Below are positions 19,209 through 29,244 of a stretch of DNA of 64,000 nt, in pieces (position 1 is the stretch's first letter; every line of letters begins with the position of its first letter). The translations under genes and the position numbers were made by a program. The notes below the pieces were generated by a model. The model was given only the letters and a program-made list of their open reading frames with translations, was not told the origin of the DNA and searched no databases. The DNA comes from an uncultured Gammaproteobacteria bacterium (GTDB lineage: Bacteria > Patescibacteriota > Patescibacteriia > Magasanikbacterales > GWA2-37-8), in contig CAZQUL010000001.1 in the NCBI GenBank assembly GCA_964596525.1, positions 678,509-742,508 of the forward strand, written 5' to 3'.

Positions 19209-21119
19209 CTACAAAGCGTGGCGGGTTTTTTCCCAGCGGTAGGGTGAGCGGACAAATTGCCAGAGTGCTCGGTAACAGGCGACGCTTATGAAGAGCCAAT
19301 AAATTGGTAAGAGGGGAATATAGGGAAGCAAGTATAATTGGCGGCGTTTTACCGCAACAACGGCATGCACGATCATTTGGGAAAGATTGCCGATGATAAG
19401 GTTGAAAATGCCAATATAGCGGAAGAGGAGTGTGGGAATAGGAACTGACAGGAACGTTGAAAATGGCAAGAACGATGCGGCGAACATGCACCAGAGTAAT
19501 GGATTAAAAAGAGGAAGAAAAAAATTGGAACCCACAGTAAATAAGCCGCTTGCATATCGCTTGAGCCCGACACTCTTAATGGCTTTGATGGGGTGGGCGG
19601 CATGAACAAGGAAGGTGATGAAAAACCCTTTTTCCCAACGCGTGCGTTGTCGAATCCAGTTTCCTAGCAAGCTATTTGCCTCCTCGAGAGTGTAGGAGTT
19701 GACAAGCGCAGTGATGAGTCCGTAATCGTAGATGCGTACACCCAAATCTGCGTCTTCTGTAACATTGTACGGGTCCCAGCCGCCGATACCTTTTAGATAC
19801 TTGGTGGGGAAATGATTACTCGTTCCCCCGAGGGGGATTGCTCCGCCCACTTCTTGGCTGCCCGGAAGGTAAAAATCATACCAAAAACCGTACTCGAGCG
19901 AAAATAAACGAGTTAAAATATTGCGTTTGGTGTTGTAAAAATTGAGACGTGCCTGCACGCAGACCGTGGTGAGGGCCGATCGACGAAAAGCGGCAATCGC
20001 TTTTTTGAGTTGATCTGGGTCTGGCCGATCTTCGGCGTCGTAAATAACGATGAACGAGCCGCGGGCAAAGCTTAGCGCGTAGTTGCATGAGCGGGGTTTG
20101 GTAGACAATTCAGCTATGGGCACTTTGACATGTTCGGCCATGAGCGCTTCCGGTGTTGCGTCGTTTTCGTGTTGGCCGATGCCGTGGGCGTGGAGTGCGG
20201 CGATGGTGGTAGTGTCGTTTACTTCGGTAATGAATTTAATATCGAGTTTTTCGCGTGGATAGTTTAGCGCAAAGAGATATTTAACAAGCTGAGGCACCAT
20301 TGCCGCTTCGTTCTTGAGTGGGACGAGAATGGTGTAGATTGGGAGCTCGTCGTCGGTTATGGAGTTTATCTCTTCTTCTTTTACCTGGATAAGGTGTGTG
20401 GGTTGGAAAGAACGAGAAAATACGTAAATTTTAAAAGGATTAAGAAAAAAATAAATGACATTGAGCGTTATGAAGGTGCCTAAGACGAGGGGAAATGGCC
20501 AAAGCCATAGACCTAACGCATAGAAGGCTAAAAAGCCGAGAGGAAAAACGTAGGGTACAAGCAGTGTGCGGTAGTGGCGGCTGGAGTAATCTTGCTTGAG
20601 CACTTCGATTCGATCGGTGGCAGTGATATCCAGTTCATGGCGGTAGGCGAAGGCGAGTGCGGAGCGGAGTGTGTTGGGAGGGGCTAGCGAGAAATGAGTC
20701 AGTGGCTGGCCGAGAAAGGCACTGAAAAGATCAACAGTCTCTTGAGCGATGAAGGGGGTTGCCGCTGCGAACCACACGGCACCGTTTGATTCGTATACTA
20801 AGATCTGGTGCTCGATAGCTATCTCGGCGGGAATAAGGCTAGAGACTGCCCCGGTGGGAGTTAGGTTGAGAGGAATCTCTTTAAGCAGGGGAACATCAAG
20901 AATATGAGCGAGATTCTCGTAGAAGTTATGTTCCTTGGCGTATCCTTTGAGAATTATTTTTTCAAGCGGGTGGTCTTCATGTTTAATGATCTCTTCGATG
21001 TGCTGAAAAGCCGCTTTTTTAAAAATTCGTTCATTGAGCAGTTTTTTGTTTCGCAAGCGTGGTAAAATGTTCGTGGAGTATATCGAGCGCGCGTTCCTCA
21101 TGGGCAGATTTTTGTACAT
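19209..21119 (-). CDS. Processive GT2 glycosyltransferase (CESA-like) with an N-terminal MshEN/GSPII_N-like domain
   Basis: PIYTILVPL, TKPRSCNYAL, YDAED, TEDADLG, QRTRW, several TM helices; the N-terminus resembles T2SSE_N. Confidence 0.88.
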   Translation of the reverse strand: MYKNLPMRNARSIYSTNILPRLRNKKLLNERIFKKAAFQHIEEIIKHEDHPLEKIILKGYAKEHNFYENLAHILDVPLLKEIPLNLTPTGAVSSLIPAEIAIEHQILVYESNGAVWFAAATPFIAQETVDLFSAFLGQPLTHFSLAPPNTLRSALAFAYRHELDITATDRIEVLKQDYSSRHYRTLLVPYVFPLGFLAFYALGLWLWPFPLVLGTFITLNVIYFFLNPFKIYVFSRSFQPTHLIQVKEEEINSITDDELPIYTILVPLKNEAAMVPQLVKYLFALNYPREKLDIKFITEVNDTTTIAALHAHGIGQHENDATPEALMAEHVKVPIAELSTKPRSCNYALSFARGSFIVIYDAEDRPDPDQLKKAIAAFRRSALTTVCVQARLNFYNTKRNILTRLFSLEYGFWYDFYLPGSQEVGGAIPLGGTSNHFPTKYLKGIGGWDPYNVTEDADLGVRIYDYGLITALVNSYTLEEANSLLGNWIRQRTRWEKGFFITFLVHAAHPIKAIKSVGLKRYASGLFTVGSNFFLPLFNPLLWCMFAASFLPFSTFLSVPIPTLLFRYIGIFNLIIGNLSQMIVHAVVAVKRRQLYLLPYIPLLPIYWLFISVACYRALWQFVRSPYRWEKTRHAL

Positions 21120-21200
21120 CTCGCATGAGGCGTTGTAAACGATCTTCGAGAACGAGTAACGATGATACGGTGGTGGTTGCAGTGAGGATAAGCTTGGTTT

Positions 21201-21422
21201 TCATATAGTACGTTTTGGACGCAGTAGCGAATCAATTATCTCTTCGCGTTCCTGAACCAACCCTGCGGCGGTGGAGAAAAATTTTTCCCAGTCGCCCCGT
21301 TCGGAGGTGGGTAGCGTGCCGAGATAATTGCGCCAGCCTTGAATTTTATTTTTCATGAGCTTTGTTATCTCGCGTGCTTCGATAAGGGCGTCGCGGGGGA
21401 TAGTCTTTCCTTTTTTGTTCAT
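21201..21422 (-). CDS. Small hypothetical helical protein
   Basis: 73-aa ATG ORF upstream of and co-oriented with the GT2 gene. Confidence 0.5.
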   Translation of the reverse strand: MNKKGKTIPRDALIEAREITKLMKNKIQGWRNYLGTLPTSERGDWEKFFSTAAGLVQEREEIIDSLLRPKRTI

Positions 21423-22500
21423 ATGAAAAAACTACGTATTGCTCCGGTCTTGGTGGGAGTAATTTATGCGGGTGGTAACGGCACAAGGCTTTGGCCGATT
21501 TCTACGGCGGAAAACCCCAAGCAGATCAATACGGTTTTTACGGGCAAGAGCATGGTGGTTGAGGCGTACCGCCGGGCACGACTTTTTCTTCCTCCGGAGC
21601 GTATTGTTGTGGTAGTGACTGCGGCTCTTTATCCAAAGGTTTTCGCTGCGTTGGATCTGCCGGTGCGTAACTATATTATACAACCCAAAAACGCCGACAC
21701 CGCGAGCGCTTTCGCATTGACCGCCTTGGTTCTGGAAACATTATACCCCGGCGCCGTGGCAGTGACCATCTATGCCGACCATATTGTTCTTAATACACGG
21801 CGCTACATTGCGGCGGTGCACGAAGCGGCTCGTCTTGCTAGAAGCAAACATGCGCTGGTTACTATTGGCACTAAACCACTGTATCCAAACCCGCTTTTTG
21901 GCTATATCAAGCTCAAGAAAGAACGCCTCGCTCCTAACGTTCATACCGCTATCGCGTTCGTTGAGAAACCAACTATTGAACAGGCTAGACGATATATTTC
22001 TTCGCATCAATACGTGTGGAATACTGGCTTATACGTATGGGAGCCCACGGCAATCCTGCATATTTTTAAACGCTATGCCACAGAGTTTTACCAGGCTCTT
22101 CTTGCGCTGCGGGCTTTTATTCTAACGCCTGATTTCGATCGCCAACTGGCGCGTTGGTACGGCTATATCAAACCAGTATCGTTTGAACGACAGGTATCGG
22201 AACGCATGCAAGGTCTCTACGTTCTGGTAGCTGATTATGCGTGGAAAGATCTCGGTAATTGGAATGTGATTTATGAGGTTGCCGGCAAGAATGCGGCGCG
22301 CCACGCGCTTCTGGGTGAAAAACCGGCAAAATTCGTTTCAGTAGATAGTTCCGGATGCTTGCTGCTTGCGCCCGGTAAAAAAGTGGCACTCATAGGAGTG
22401 AAAGATCTGGTAGTGGTCGGAGACCGATGACACCCTACTGGTTATGGCGCGTGAGGCGGCAGCTGACGTTAAAAAAGCTGTTTGTAAGCTAAATGATTAA
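21423..22500 (+). CDS. manC: Mannose-1-phosphate guanylyltransferase (ManC-like) with an apparent 1-nt frameshift near the C-terminus
   Basis: AGGNGTRLWPIS...PKQ, FVEKP, WNTG, WKDLGNW. The frame stops at 22430, but the conserved tail (ETDDTLLVMAREAAADVKKAV) continues in the next frame to 22500. Confidence 0.85.
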
Positions 22501-22658
22501 TGTTGCGCGCAGAACGCAAAGTAATGAAAAAGACCTAAAAGGCTGCTGGTGCAAGGTTTTTCACACGAACGGGGCCGTTCTGCAAACTATTGACAAAAGA
22601 GCTTTTTTATGATACACTTTTGAGTTAAGTGTCCCAACCCTGAACTGGAGGATAATAA

Positions 22659-22919
22659 ATGAGTGTTGATGTGCTCAAAGAGCTGTGTGAGGCCGGTGCC
22701 CGCTACGTTACCCGTCTCCAGGGTGCGTTGGATATGAGGTGGCGGATCTACTGTTACTATGCCCTGAATCCTACCCGCGGGACACCTGAAGTGCTGGAGT
22801 GGGTGTCTGCCAACCTCACCCGGGTCCAGAGGCGTCTCAACGAGGTTGAAGAGGCCCTGCGGCATCTGCAGGACGCCTACCAACGCGCCGCGGCCAAAGC
22901 CGCCTTGCTCGCCGCCTAG
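22659..22919 (+). CDS. Orphan helical protein
   Basis: GGAGG SD, upstream TTGACA promoter, downstream hairpin. Confidence 0.7.
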   Translation: MSVDVLKELCEAGARYVTRLQGALDMRWRIYCYYALNPTRGTPEVLEWVSANLTRVQRRLNEVEEALRHLQDAYQRAAAKAALLAA

Positions 22920-22938
22920 TCGCGAGAGGGGGTGGCAC

Positions 22939-23000
22939 GAAAACCGCCCCTTACTCGTTATGTCCATACCATGTGTGGTTATAACGAGAGGGCGGTTTTT
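22939..23000. terminator. Long hairpin terminator between convergent genes
   Basis: AAAACCGCCC..CTCGTTAT / ATAACGAG..GGGCGGTTTT. Confidence 0.65.
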
Positions 23001-23029
23001 ATAATTTAAAAAGAGCCGGTAAATAAGAT

Positions 23030-23467
23030 TTACAAGCTCATGAGAGTGAAGGTTTCGGTTACGCTTCGTTCAATGGAGCAGTTTTGCCTGCCGAGCGTAG
23101 CGACGCAGTCCCAAAGTCCGCGGCCAAGGGACTTGTAGATATCCACGCGGGCACGGATGCTGTGGTTGATGGCAATGCCGGTAACCGGGCCGGATTCAGT
23201 ATCCGCGGAAGCGACGAAGCGCTCGTTGAGTACGATCGGGCCGTCAAAGCGCTGAATATGAACGGCTACCGTGCTGTCGTTACCGTTCACGATAGTCACT
23301 ACGCCGCGCTCCACATCAGTGAGCGTGATGTATATACTTACGCCCGCGAGCGTGAAATGGAAATGCTTATTGCTTGAGTAAAGCGGTGTGGGCGGGGGTT
23401 CGCAGGCAGTAAACGACGTGAAAAAATAACCGATGACGAGACCGATGAGAAGAGATCGGCGACGCAT
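23030..23467 (-). CDS. Orphan putative lipoprotein
   Basis: MRRR + hydrophobic stretch + FTA-C; AGGAGG SD. Confidence 0.7.
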   Translation of the reverse strand: MRRRSLLIGLVIGYFFTSFTACEPPPTPLYSSNKHFHFTLAGVSIYITLTDVERGVVTIVNGNDSTVAVHIQRFDGPIVLNERFVASADTESGPVTGIAINHSIRARVDIYKSLGRGLWDCVATLGRQNCSIERSVTETFTLMSL

Positions 23468-23733
23468 GAGTGCCTCCTGAGTTCCTTAGTACGATGCCTC
23501 GTACTCATTGCTATGTCAATGATCTGAACGACAATTCGATTGTTTAAAATTCATCTATTTTTTAAACATAATTAAGGATGTTTAAAGTTGCAGATTTGAA
23601 TGCGGTAATTTTGAACACTCCACGTTCTCTACTCTTACAGTCTCTGGTTGACAAAAAATGAGATACACCTTATAATGCGCTGTTTAGCTCTATAGCCAGG
23701 GCTAAATTCAACGAACAGCAGAGGGGGAGTTAA

Positions 23734-24669
23734 ATGGACAAGAAAAAGAACCGTTTGCTCGCGTGGCCAGCTGTGATCGTAACCAAGTCGACCCAACTCA
23801 TGAAGGCCTTTAAGCTCTTTAAAGCGCTCAAGATCGCCAAGTTCGCACTCACCTTTCTGACGATGACCCTGTCGGCCGTGGCGTATTCATTCCGCTATGG
23901 AAGCTGGTCTTTCGCTGTCGGGTTCGTTATCATGCTCTTTATTCATGAGATGGGCCATGTCGTTGCTCTCCGGGAGCGGGGATATCGGGCTTCGCTGCCT
24001 GTGTTCATACCGTTTCTCGGTGCGCTCATCTTCGCTCCAAGGTTCTCCTCGTCCGAAGATGAGGCGTATGCGGCGTACGCTGGTCCGTTGTTTGGCACCA
24101 TCGCCGCCGCTACCGCCTTTCTGCTGTGGTTTACGGGGATGTGTCCCTTCAACAGCATGCTCCTCGTGAGTTTCTCGGGTGCGCTCCTCAACCTGTTCAA
24201 CCTTATGCCGGTACCGCCGCTCGATGGCGGGCGCGTTACCCGCGCGGTTGGAAGCTGGTTCAAATGGATCGGGATGGTGATGCTGCTTCTACTCTTGATT
24301 GCTGGCCAGGATGCGGCGCTCCTGCTCGTCTTCCTCATGGCCATCAGGGAGCTCGAAATCAGTCCCGCCGCCAAGTTAAAAGTCGGTGCGACCTGCTTTG
24401 TGGTCATGACTGTGCTGCTCGCGCTCGGTTTCACTAAGCAGCACTGGATGATTTCGGTTGTCGATGTGGTGATCGGCACGGTCTTTCTTCTTAACGTGCT
24501 GAGCGATGTGGCGAGTGATCATGAGAATCCGACCCCCGCTGTGCCCGAGGTCGCTAGTCCGAATCCTCGCCGCTTCATGTGGCTCGGTCTATACCTTGCG
24601 CTGGTCGGTGTGCTGCTCGCCCTCATGGCAGCGCACACCCCGTATCTCGCCCAGATCGTAAAGCGCTAA
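23734..24669 (+). CDS. Site-2 protease (peptidase M50)
   Basis: HEMGH, AGP, NLMPVPPLDGG; multiple TM helices. Confidence 0.93.
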   Translation: MDKKKNRLLAWPAVIVTKSTQLMKAFKLFKALKIAKFALTFLTMTLSAVAYSFRYGSWSFAVGFVIMLFIHEMGHVVALRERGYRASLPVFIPFLGALIFAPRFSSSEDEAYAAYAGPLFGTIAAATAFLLWFTGMCPFNSMLLVSFSGALLNLFNLMPVPPLDGGRVTRAVGSWFKWIGMVMLLLLLIAGQDAALLLVFLMAIRELEISPAAKLKVGATCFVVMTVLLALGFTKQHWMISVVDVVIGTVFLLNVLSDVASDHENPTPAVPEVASPNPRRFMWLGLYLALVGVLLALMAAHTPYLAQIVKR

Positions 24670-24933
24670 GGCAGGGCTCACTGTACCTAAAACCACCCCA
24701 TCAAAAAACCATAAGCCCACCACGTCTTGCGCGAGATGTTCCGGTGGGTTTTTTCAAAAACAGTCCTCAGAGTTTGAGGACCGTTTTTGTTTTGCAGGAG
24801 ACTGAGATATGCTCCTAGAGTTTTATTAGTGTGTAACTTTCTATTATCCGCAGAAAATCTTGCCTTTCCCCCTTTTCTGTGAATATGCTGTAGTACGAAC
24901 GTAAAGACATGCGTTCAGTACAGGAGAGCTGCA

Positions 24934-25566
24934 ATGTTGACGATTACCTCTATCCCTGACCACCGTTCGTTTGAGGAGCTCGGCCCTCATATTAACGAGA
25001 TTCACCTGGTGGGGCAGCTTACGGGTTGGGTTTTCGATATCCTCGAAAAACGAGCGCCTAATCTCAAGCTCATCGAGCTCGGTCCTTCTCTTTTAGCGAG
25101 CCTTCCCTTCCGCATGCGCGAGAAATGCCGGGCAAAGGGGATAGTGCTCAAGGCGAACTGCCTTCCGCCCCTCATTACTCGGCGCCCGCCGGAACCGCGG
25201 GATCCCCATTTCGCCAGCAAGCGGCGCATACTCCGTTCGCTGCGCGGTATTGGCCGGCGGCGACTCCAGTTCCTGCTAAAGAATAAGTACAAACCCGCTC
25301 AAGACCTTCTAGCGTATTATGGGGTGCGGGCGAGAAAGAATAGCGCGGCGTCTTCTGAAGCGCCTCCTCAATTCTTGACCGTACATATGCGGGCAGTTTT
25401 TGCCTGCATTCACCCGACACAGGTGGTGGATTCGAAAGTGCTCGAGCGGGCCTGGAAACTTTACCTGGCCAGCTTTGCTCAAGCGGAACTCGAACCATTC
25501 CTGAGCAAGCTCAAGAAGATCGAGGTTAGTTTTCAGGCCGCCTTCGAAGCCGGCCTTGAGAATTAA
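24934..25566 (+). CDS. Hypothetical protein, N-terminus weakly DUF1699-like
   Basis: AGGAG SD; the IHL...PNLKLIELGPS pattern recalls DUF1699 (weak). Confidence 0.6.
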   Translation: MLTITSIPDHRSFEELGPHINEIHLVGQLTGWVFDILEKRAPNLKLIELGPSLLASLPFRMREKCRAKGIVLKANCLPPLITRRPPEPRDPHFASKRRILRSLRGIGRRRLQFLLKNKYKPAQDLLAYYGVRARKNSAASSEAPPQFLTVHMRAVFACIHPTQVVDSKVLERAWKLYLASFAQAELEPFLSKLKKIEVSFQAAFEAGLEN

Positions 25567-25811
25567 GGTAGGCCACCCTCTTTAAGATAAACCCATGCCG
25601 TCCGTAAGGGCGGTTTTAATATACATATAAGTTAGCCAAAATATTGCTTATTATTTTAAACTATCCACAGCATCTCCGGGTATATCTTGACAACATATCC
25701 AAATATGCTATTCTGGCCCAGTCTCAAGCGCTTTTTGGTCCGGTGCCTTTCATGCATTCCTATTTTGTGGGTGAAGGGCACCGGGGCATTCCGCCCCACA
25801 GGAGGTGCGCT

Positions 25812-26285
25812 ATGAAGATGTCCAATAAGAAGGGTCTCCGTTCCGTCATGTTCTCCGTCGCCCTCGCCGGCTTCGCCCTCATCGGTGGCTGCGGCCTGCC
25901 GCCGGAGGACTACGTCGGAACCGAGGAGCTCGTCTGCCAGAAGGGTTCCCAGGTGGGGGCGCCGATCGTCGTGGGCTACGTGCTCGGTAACAGCGGCCTG
26001 CTGCTGAGCGACGTGGCCAGCCGAACCATCGTCGTGACCGAGGAGAGCGGAGCGTCGAGCGCGAACACCCAGAACTTCGCTGCGAACGCCGGCAAGTCGC
26101 TCGGCACGAAGCAGCTCAAGGACAGCGTGCTGCCCTGCAGTGTGGGCCGCCTCACCATCAAGACCTTCGTCACGCTGACGAACGACAGGGGTGAGGCGCA
26201 GGGGTCGGAGTCCTACGACTACCGCGCCGACCTCGAGCACCCCGCGACCGCGGTTCAGCTCAAGCTGACCATGGTCCAGAAGTAG
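25812..26285 (+). CDS. Orphan putative lipoprotein, GC-rich
   Basis: AGGAGGT SD; lipobox IGG-C; codons end almost all in G/C. Confidence 0.75.
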   Translation: MKMSNKKGLRSVMFSVALAGFALIGGCGLPPEDYVGTEELVCQKGSQVGAPIVVGYVLGNSGLLLSDVASRTIVVTEESGASSANTQNFAANAGKSLGTKQLKDSVLPCSVGRLTIKTFVTLTNDRGEAQGSESYDYRADLEHPATAVQLKLTMVQK

Positions 26286-26417
26286 CGGCTGCGGCCTGAG
26301 CTGCGCCCGCTGCGCCCCGGATGAACGGGGCGCTTTTGTTTTTTGACTTTTTGTCCTCGGCAGAGTAAGGTGATGGATCGTCGAATGCTTCGACGAGAAT
26401 AACGTAGGGAGGTAGCC

Positions 26418-26978
26418 ATGCCGCAATCACCGTGGCCTCAACAGGTAGTCTTTTCGGAACTCAATTATCCCAGTTTCGCCAAAGCGTTTCGTCAGGCTGC
26501 TACGTTTAGGCAGGTAGGCGATCGATTGAGTATCGAAGATTTTTCTGGCAGCTCTTGGGCTTTGCAGCCTGGTTGCCCTATGGATGAAACATCGATACCG
26601 TATGCGGCGATCGTTCGCGGTCGGCGTTATATCATCGATGTCGACGATACCGAGGTGGACGAGCAGGGTAAACGGATCGTGTTTGAGCTGGTAGAGATTA
26701 AAAGCTATCAGCCTACTGATGCTGATCGCGTAGCAGATATCCGGGCGTGCCTCGAGTACCTTAATCCCACGATCGAGCGCTCGCTTGACGTGCCGCTCGT
26801 GCCGCCGTGGCCTGATGCGCCGCGCATCGAGGAAGGTGCTATTAAGATCGTCATGACGGTCAAGTACGTTGGCGAGCGCTACAGCGTGCTCGCCCTCGAA
26901 CCGCTGGCGCCCGTCAACGCGTCTGATGGGGCGGGTCTTAGCTGGTTCCAGCGTCTCTTGAAGCGATGGTTTTTTTAG
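26418..26978 (+). CDS. Orphan hypothetical protein
   Basis: GGAGGT SD; 186-aa ORF with an amphipathic C-terminus (WFQRLLKRWFF). Confidence 0.7.
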   Translation: MPQSPWPQQVVFSELNYPSFAKAFRQAATFRQVGDRLSIEDFSGSSWALQPGCPMDETSIPYAAIVRGRRYIIDVDDTEVDEQGKRIVFELVEIKSYQPTDADRVADIRACLEYLNPTIERSLDVPLVPPWPDAPRIEEGAIKIVMTVKYVGERYSVLALEPLAPVNASDGAGLSWFQRLLKRWFF

Positions 26979-27232
26979 GAGGTGCAAACGTAAGCGTGCT
27001 TTGTAGCTCTTATCTCATCGCGTACCACGCGAGCTCAAAGCGCGTAAACCAGAGCTGAGCCAAAAATTCCGCAAAGATTAGTCGTCCGCCCTTCATACGG
27101 GGCGGATATTTGTTTTTTATATTAGGGTTGAGCATACCTGATGCGGTGCTTAAAATCTTGACAATAATCGTCTTCTTTGCTATGCTTAACCGTCAATTAC
27201 ACGCACTGTCAAAACATTGCTGGAGGTGTATC

Positions 27233-27484
27233 ATGCAGTCCCTGGACGATCTTAAGGCCCATTTGGCGCGAGAGCAGGTTCTTTACTACGATCTGTTCGG
27301 TACACTCGGCCCGGTTCGGGCTGAGGTGCTGCGCACTATTACGTGGGAGAGGATTACGTGCACAGAGTGCCCGGCTGCCTTTGAAGCCGTGGTTAAGCTG
27401 CCTGAGCTGGGTTTCATCAGAGACGTTGTGCTCCAGTTCCACAGCGACAGCGTCAATGGAATTTTCTTGCGTATCAACCCCTGA
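27233..27484 (+). CDS. Small orphan hypothetical protein
   Basis: GGAGGT SD and a TTGACA...TATGCT promoter upstream. Confidence 0.6.
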   Translation: MQSLDDLKAHLAREQVLYYDLFGTLGPVRAEVLRTITWERITCTECPAAFEAVVKLPELGFIRDVVLQFHSDSVNGIFLRINP

Positions 27485-27630
27485 TTGCTCCACGCTACCA
27501 ATCACGCGCGCCCTTACGGTACAGAGCGTAGCTCCTGCCTTGGGCGCGCTCTTTAATTTTGCATGCAGATAATTGACAAAATCCTGCTTTTTCTGCTATA
27601 AAATCTCGTATTACTCCGCTTAAAATCCCT

Positions 27631-29097
27631 ATGAACCACGGTAACGTGATTCTCAGTTTCGACAAAGTTTCCTTCTATTACCACGAAGATCGCTACCTGC
27701 TTGAGGAAGCGAGTTTTTCGGTGCGCGAAAACGCCAAAATCACGATCATGGGGCAAAACGGCGCCGGTAAGTCCACGATTTTTAAAATGATCACCGGCGA
27801 ACTTAAACCCGAAAAAGGCCAGGTAAATATCCGCCCCGGTGCATCGATCGCCATTGCGACGCAGGTGATGAGCCGTGAGAATCTCGAAAAGACGGTTGAG
27901 GAATTTTTTGCCGCCGCCTTTGACAAGAAACTTTACGATCTCCCCAAGCGCATCAAGGACATTCTGGAAGTCGTGCATCTTTCCGCTCCGCTCGATAAAA
28001 AAATCCGCCAGTTTTCCGGCGGACAGCAGGCGCGCCTTCTTCTTGCTTATGCGCTTATCCAAGAACCGGACATTCTGCTTCTTGATGAACCGACCAACAA
28101 TCTCGATGCCGAAGGTATAGCGCATCTAACGCAGTTCCTTATCGATTATCCCAAAACCTGTCTTGTCATTTCGCACGACGCCACGTTCTTGAACGCGTTC
28201 ACGCACGGCGTTTTGTATCTCGACTCATTTACGCACAAAGTTGAGCAGTACGTGGGTGACTATTACGACGTGCTTGGCAAAATCGAAGAGCAGATAGAGC
28301 GCGAACGCATGAAAAACGCACAGCTCAGAAAAAGCATTTTGGATCGTAAAGAGAAAATCAACTTCTTTGCCAATAAAGGTGGTAAGATGCGCAAGCTCGC
28401 GAGCAAACTACGCGACCAAGTGGCCGAAGCCGAAGATGAGATGGTCGATGAGCGCCAAGAAGACCGGACGATCAACGAATTTATCATTCCCGCACAGGAA
28501 GGCCTTGTCGGGCCGGTCGTGGAAATTAATTCCGTCGGCATCATGATCGATCATGAACCGGTACGCAAAGCAGTGTCGCCGGCGGTAAGTGTACGCAAGA
28601 AAGACAAGCTCCTCATTCACGGCCCGAACGGCATTGGCAAATCGACGCTTCTGGCGGCACTTGCCGAGAAACGGGAAGAGGGTGCGGCTATCGCGCCGGA
28701 TGTTGTTATCGGCTACTATCGCCAAGATTTTTCCGGACTCGACTTTAATAAAACCGGTTACGAAGCGCTCGCCGAAATGATGCATCAGCCGTGGAACCAG
28801 GAAATTTACGCGACTGCCGCGCAGTTTCTACTCACGCCGGCGATTCTTAAAAATACCGTCGGGTCGTATTCTGAAGGACAGAAGGGTTTGCTCTGCTATG
28901 CGCGCTTCGTCTTGCAGAAGCCGGGACTTCTTATCATGGATGAGCCGACCAACCATATCAACTTCCGCCATTTGCCGATCATCGCCAAAGCGCTTGCCGA
29001 ATTTGAAGGCGCGCTCATCGTGGTGAGCCATGCCTACGAGTTCGTCGCTGAGCTCGGTATTACGGATACGCTTGATTTGAGTAGTTTAAAAAACTAA
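27631..29097 (+). CDS. ABC-F family ATPase
   Basis: Two NBDs (GQNGAGKST, GPNGIGKST; LLDEPTNNLD, MDEPTNH) and no TM domain. Confidence 0.93.
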   Translation: MNHGNVILSFDKVSFYYHEDRYLLEEASFSVRENAKITIMGQNGAGKSTIFKMITGELKPEKGQVNIRPGASIAIATQVMSRENLEKTVEEFFAAAFDKKLYDLPKRIKDILEVVHLSAPLDKKIRQFSGGQQARLLLAYALIQEPDILLLDEPTNNLDAEGIAHLTQFLIDYPKTCLVISHDATFLNAFTHGVLYLDSFTHKVEQYVGDYYDVLGKIEEQIERERMKNAQLRKSILDRKEKINFFANKGGKMRKLASKLRDQVAEAEDEMVDERQEDRTINEFIIPAQEGLVGPVVEINSVGIMIDHEPVRKAVSPAVSVRKKDKLLIHGPNGIGKSTLLAALAEKREEGAAIAPDVVIGYYRQDFSGLDFNKTGYEALAEMMHQPWNQEIYATAAQFLLTPAILKNTVGSYSEGQKGLLCYARFVLQKPGLLIMDEPTNHINFRHLPIIAKALAEFEGALIVVSHAYEFVAELGITDTLDLSSLKN

Positions 29098-29120
29098 TTT
29101 ATTAGTGCGTTTATTGACCT

Positions 29121-29225
29121 GTCAGTGCGAGGAACGAAGAATGAGCGATGAAGCAATCCCTCTGATAACAGAGCGAGCTCTGAAATACGAAGGGATTGCT
29201 TCGTCGCTACGCTCCTCGCACTGAC
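29121..29225. repeat. Palindromic miniature element (REP/RPE-like), intergenic copy
   Basis: GTCAGTGCGAGGA...GAAGCAATCCCT / AGGGATTGCTTC...TCCTCGCACTGAC; a related copy lies at 34090-34192. Confidence 0.85.
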
Positions 29226-29244
29226 GGAAAAACAAGGAGGCCCC

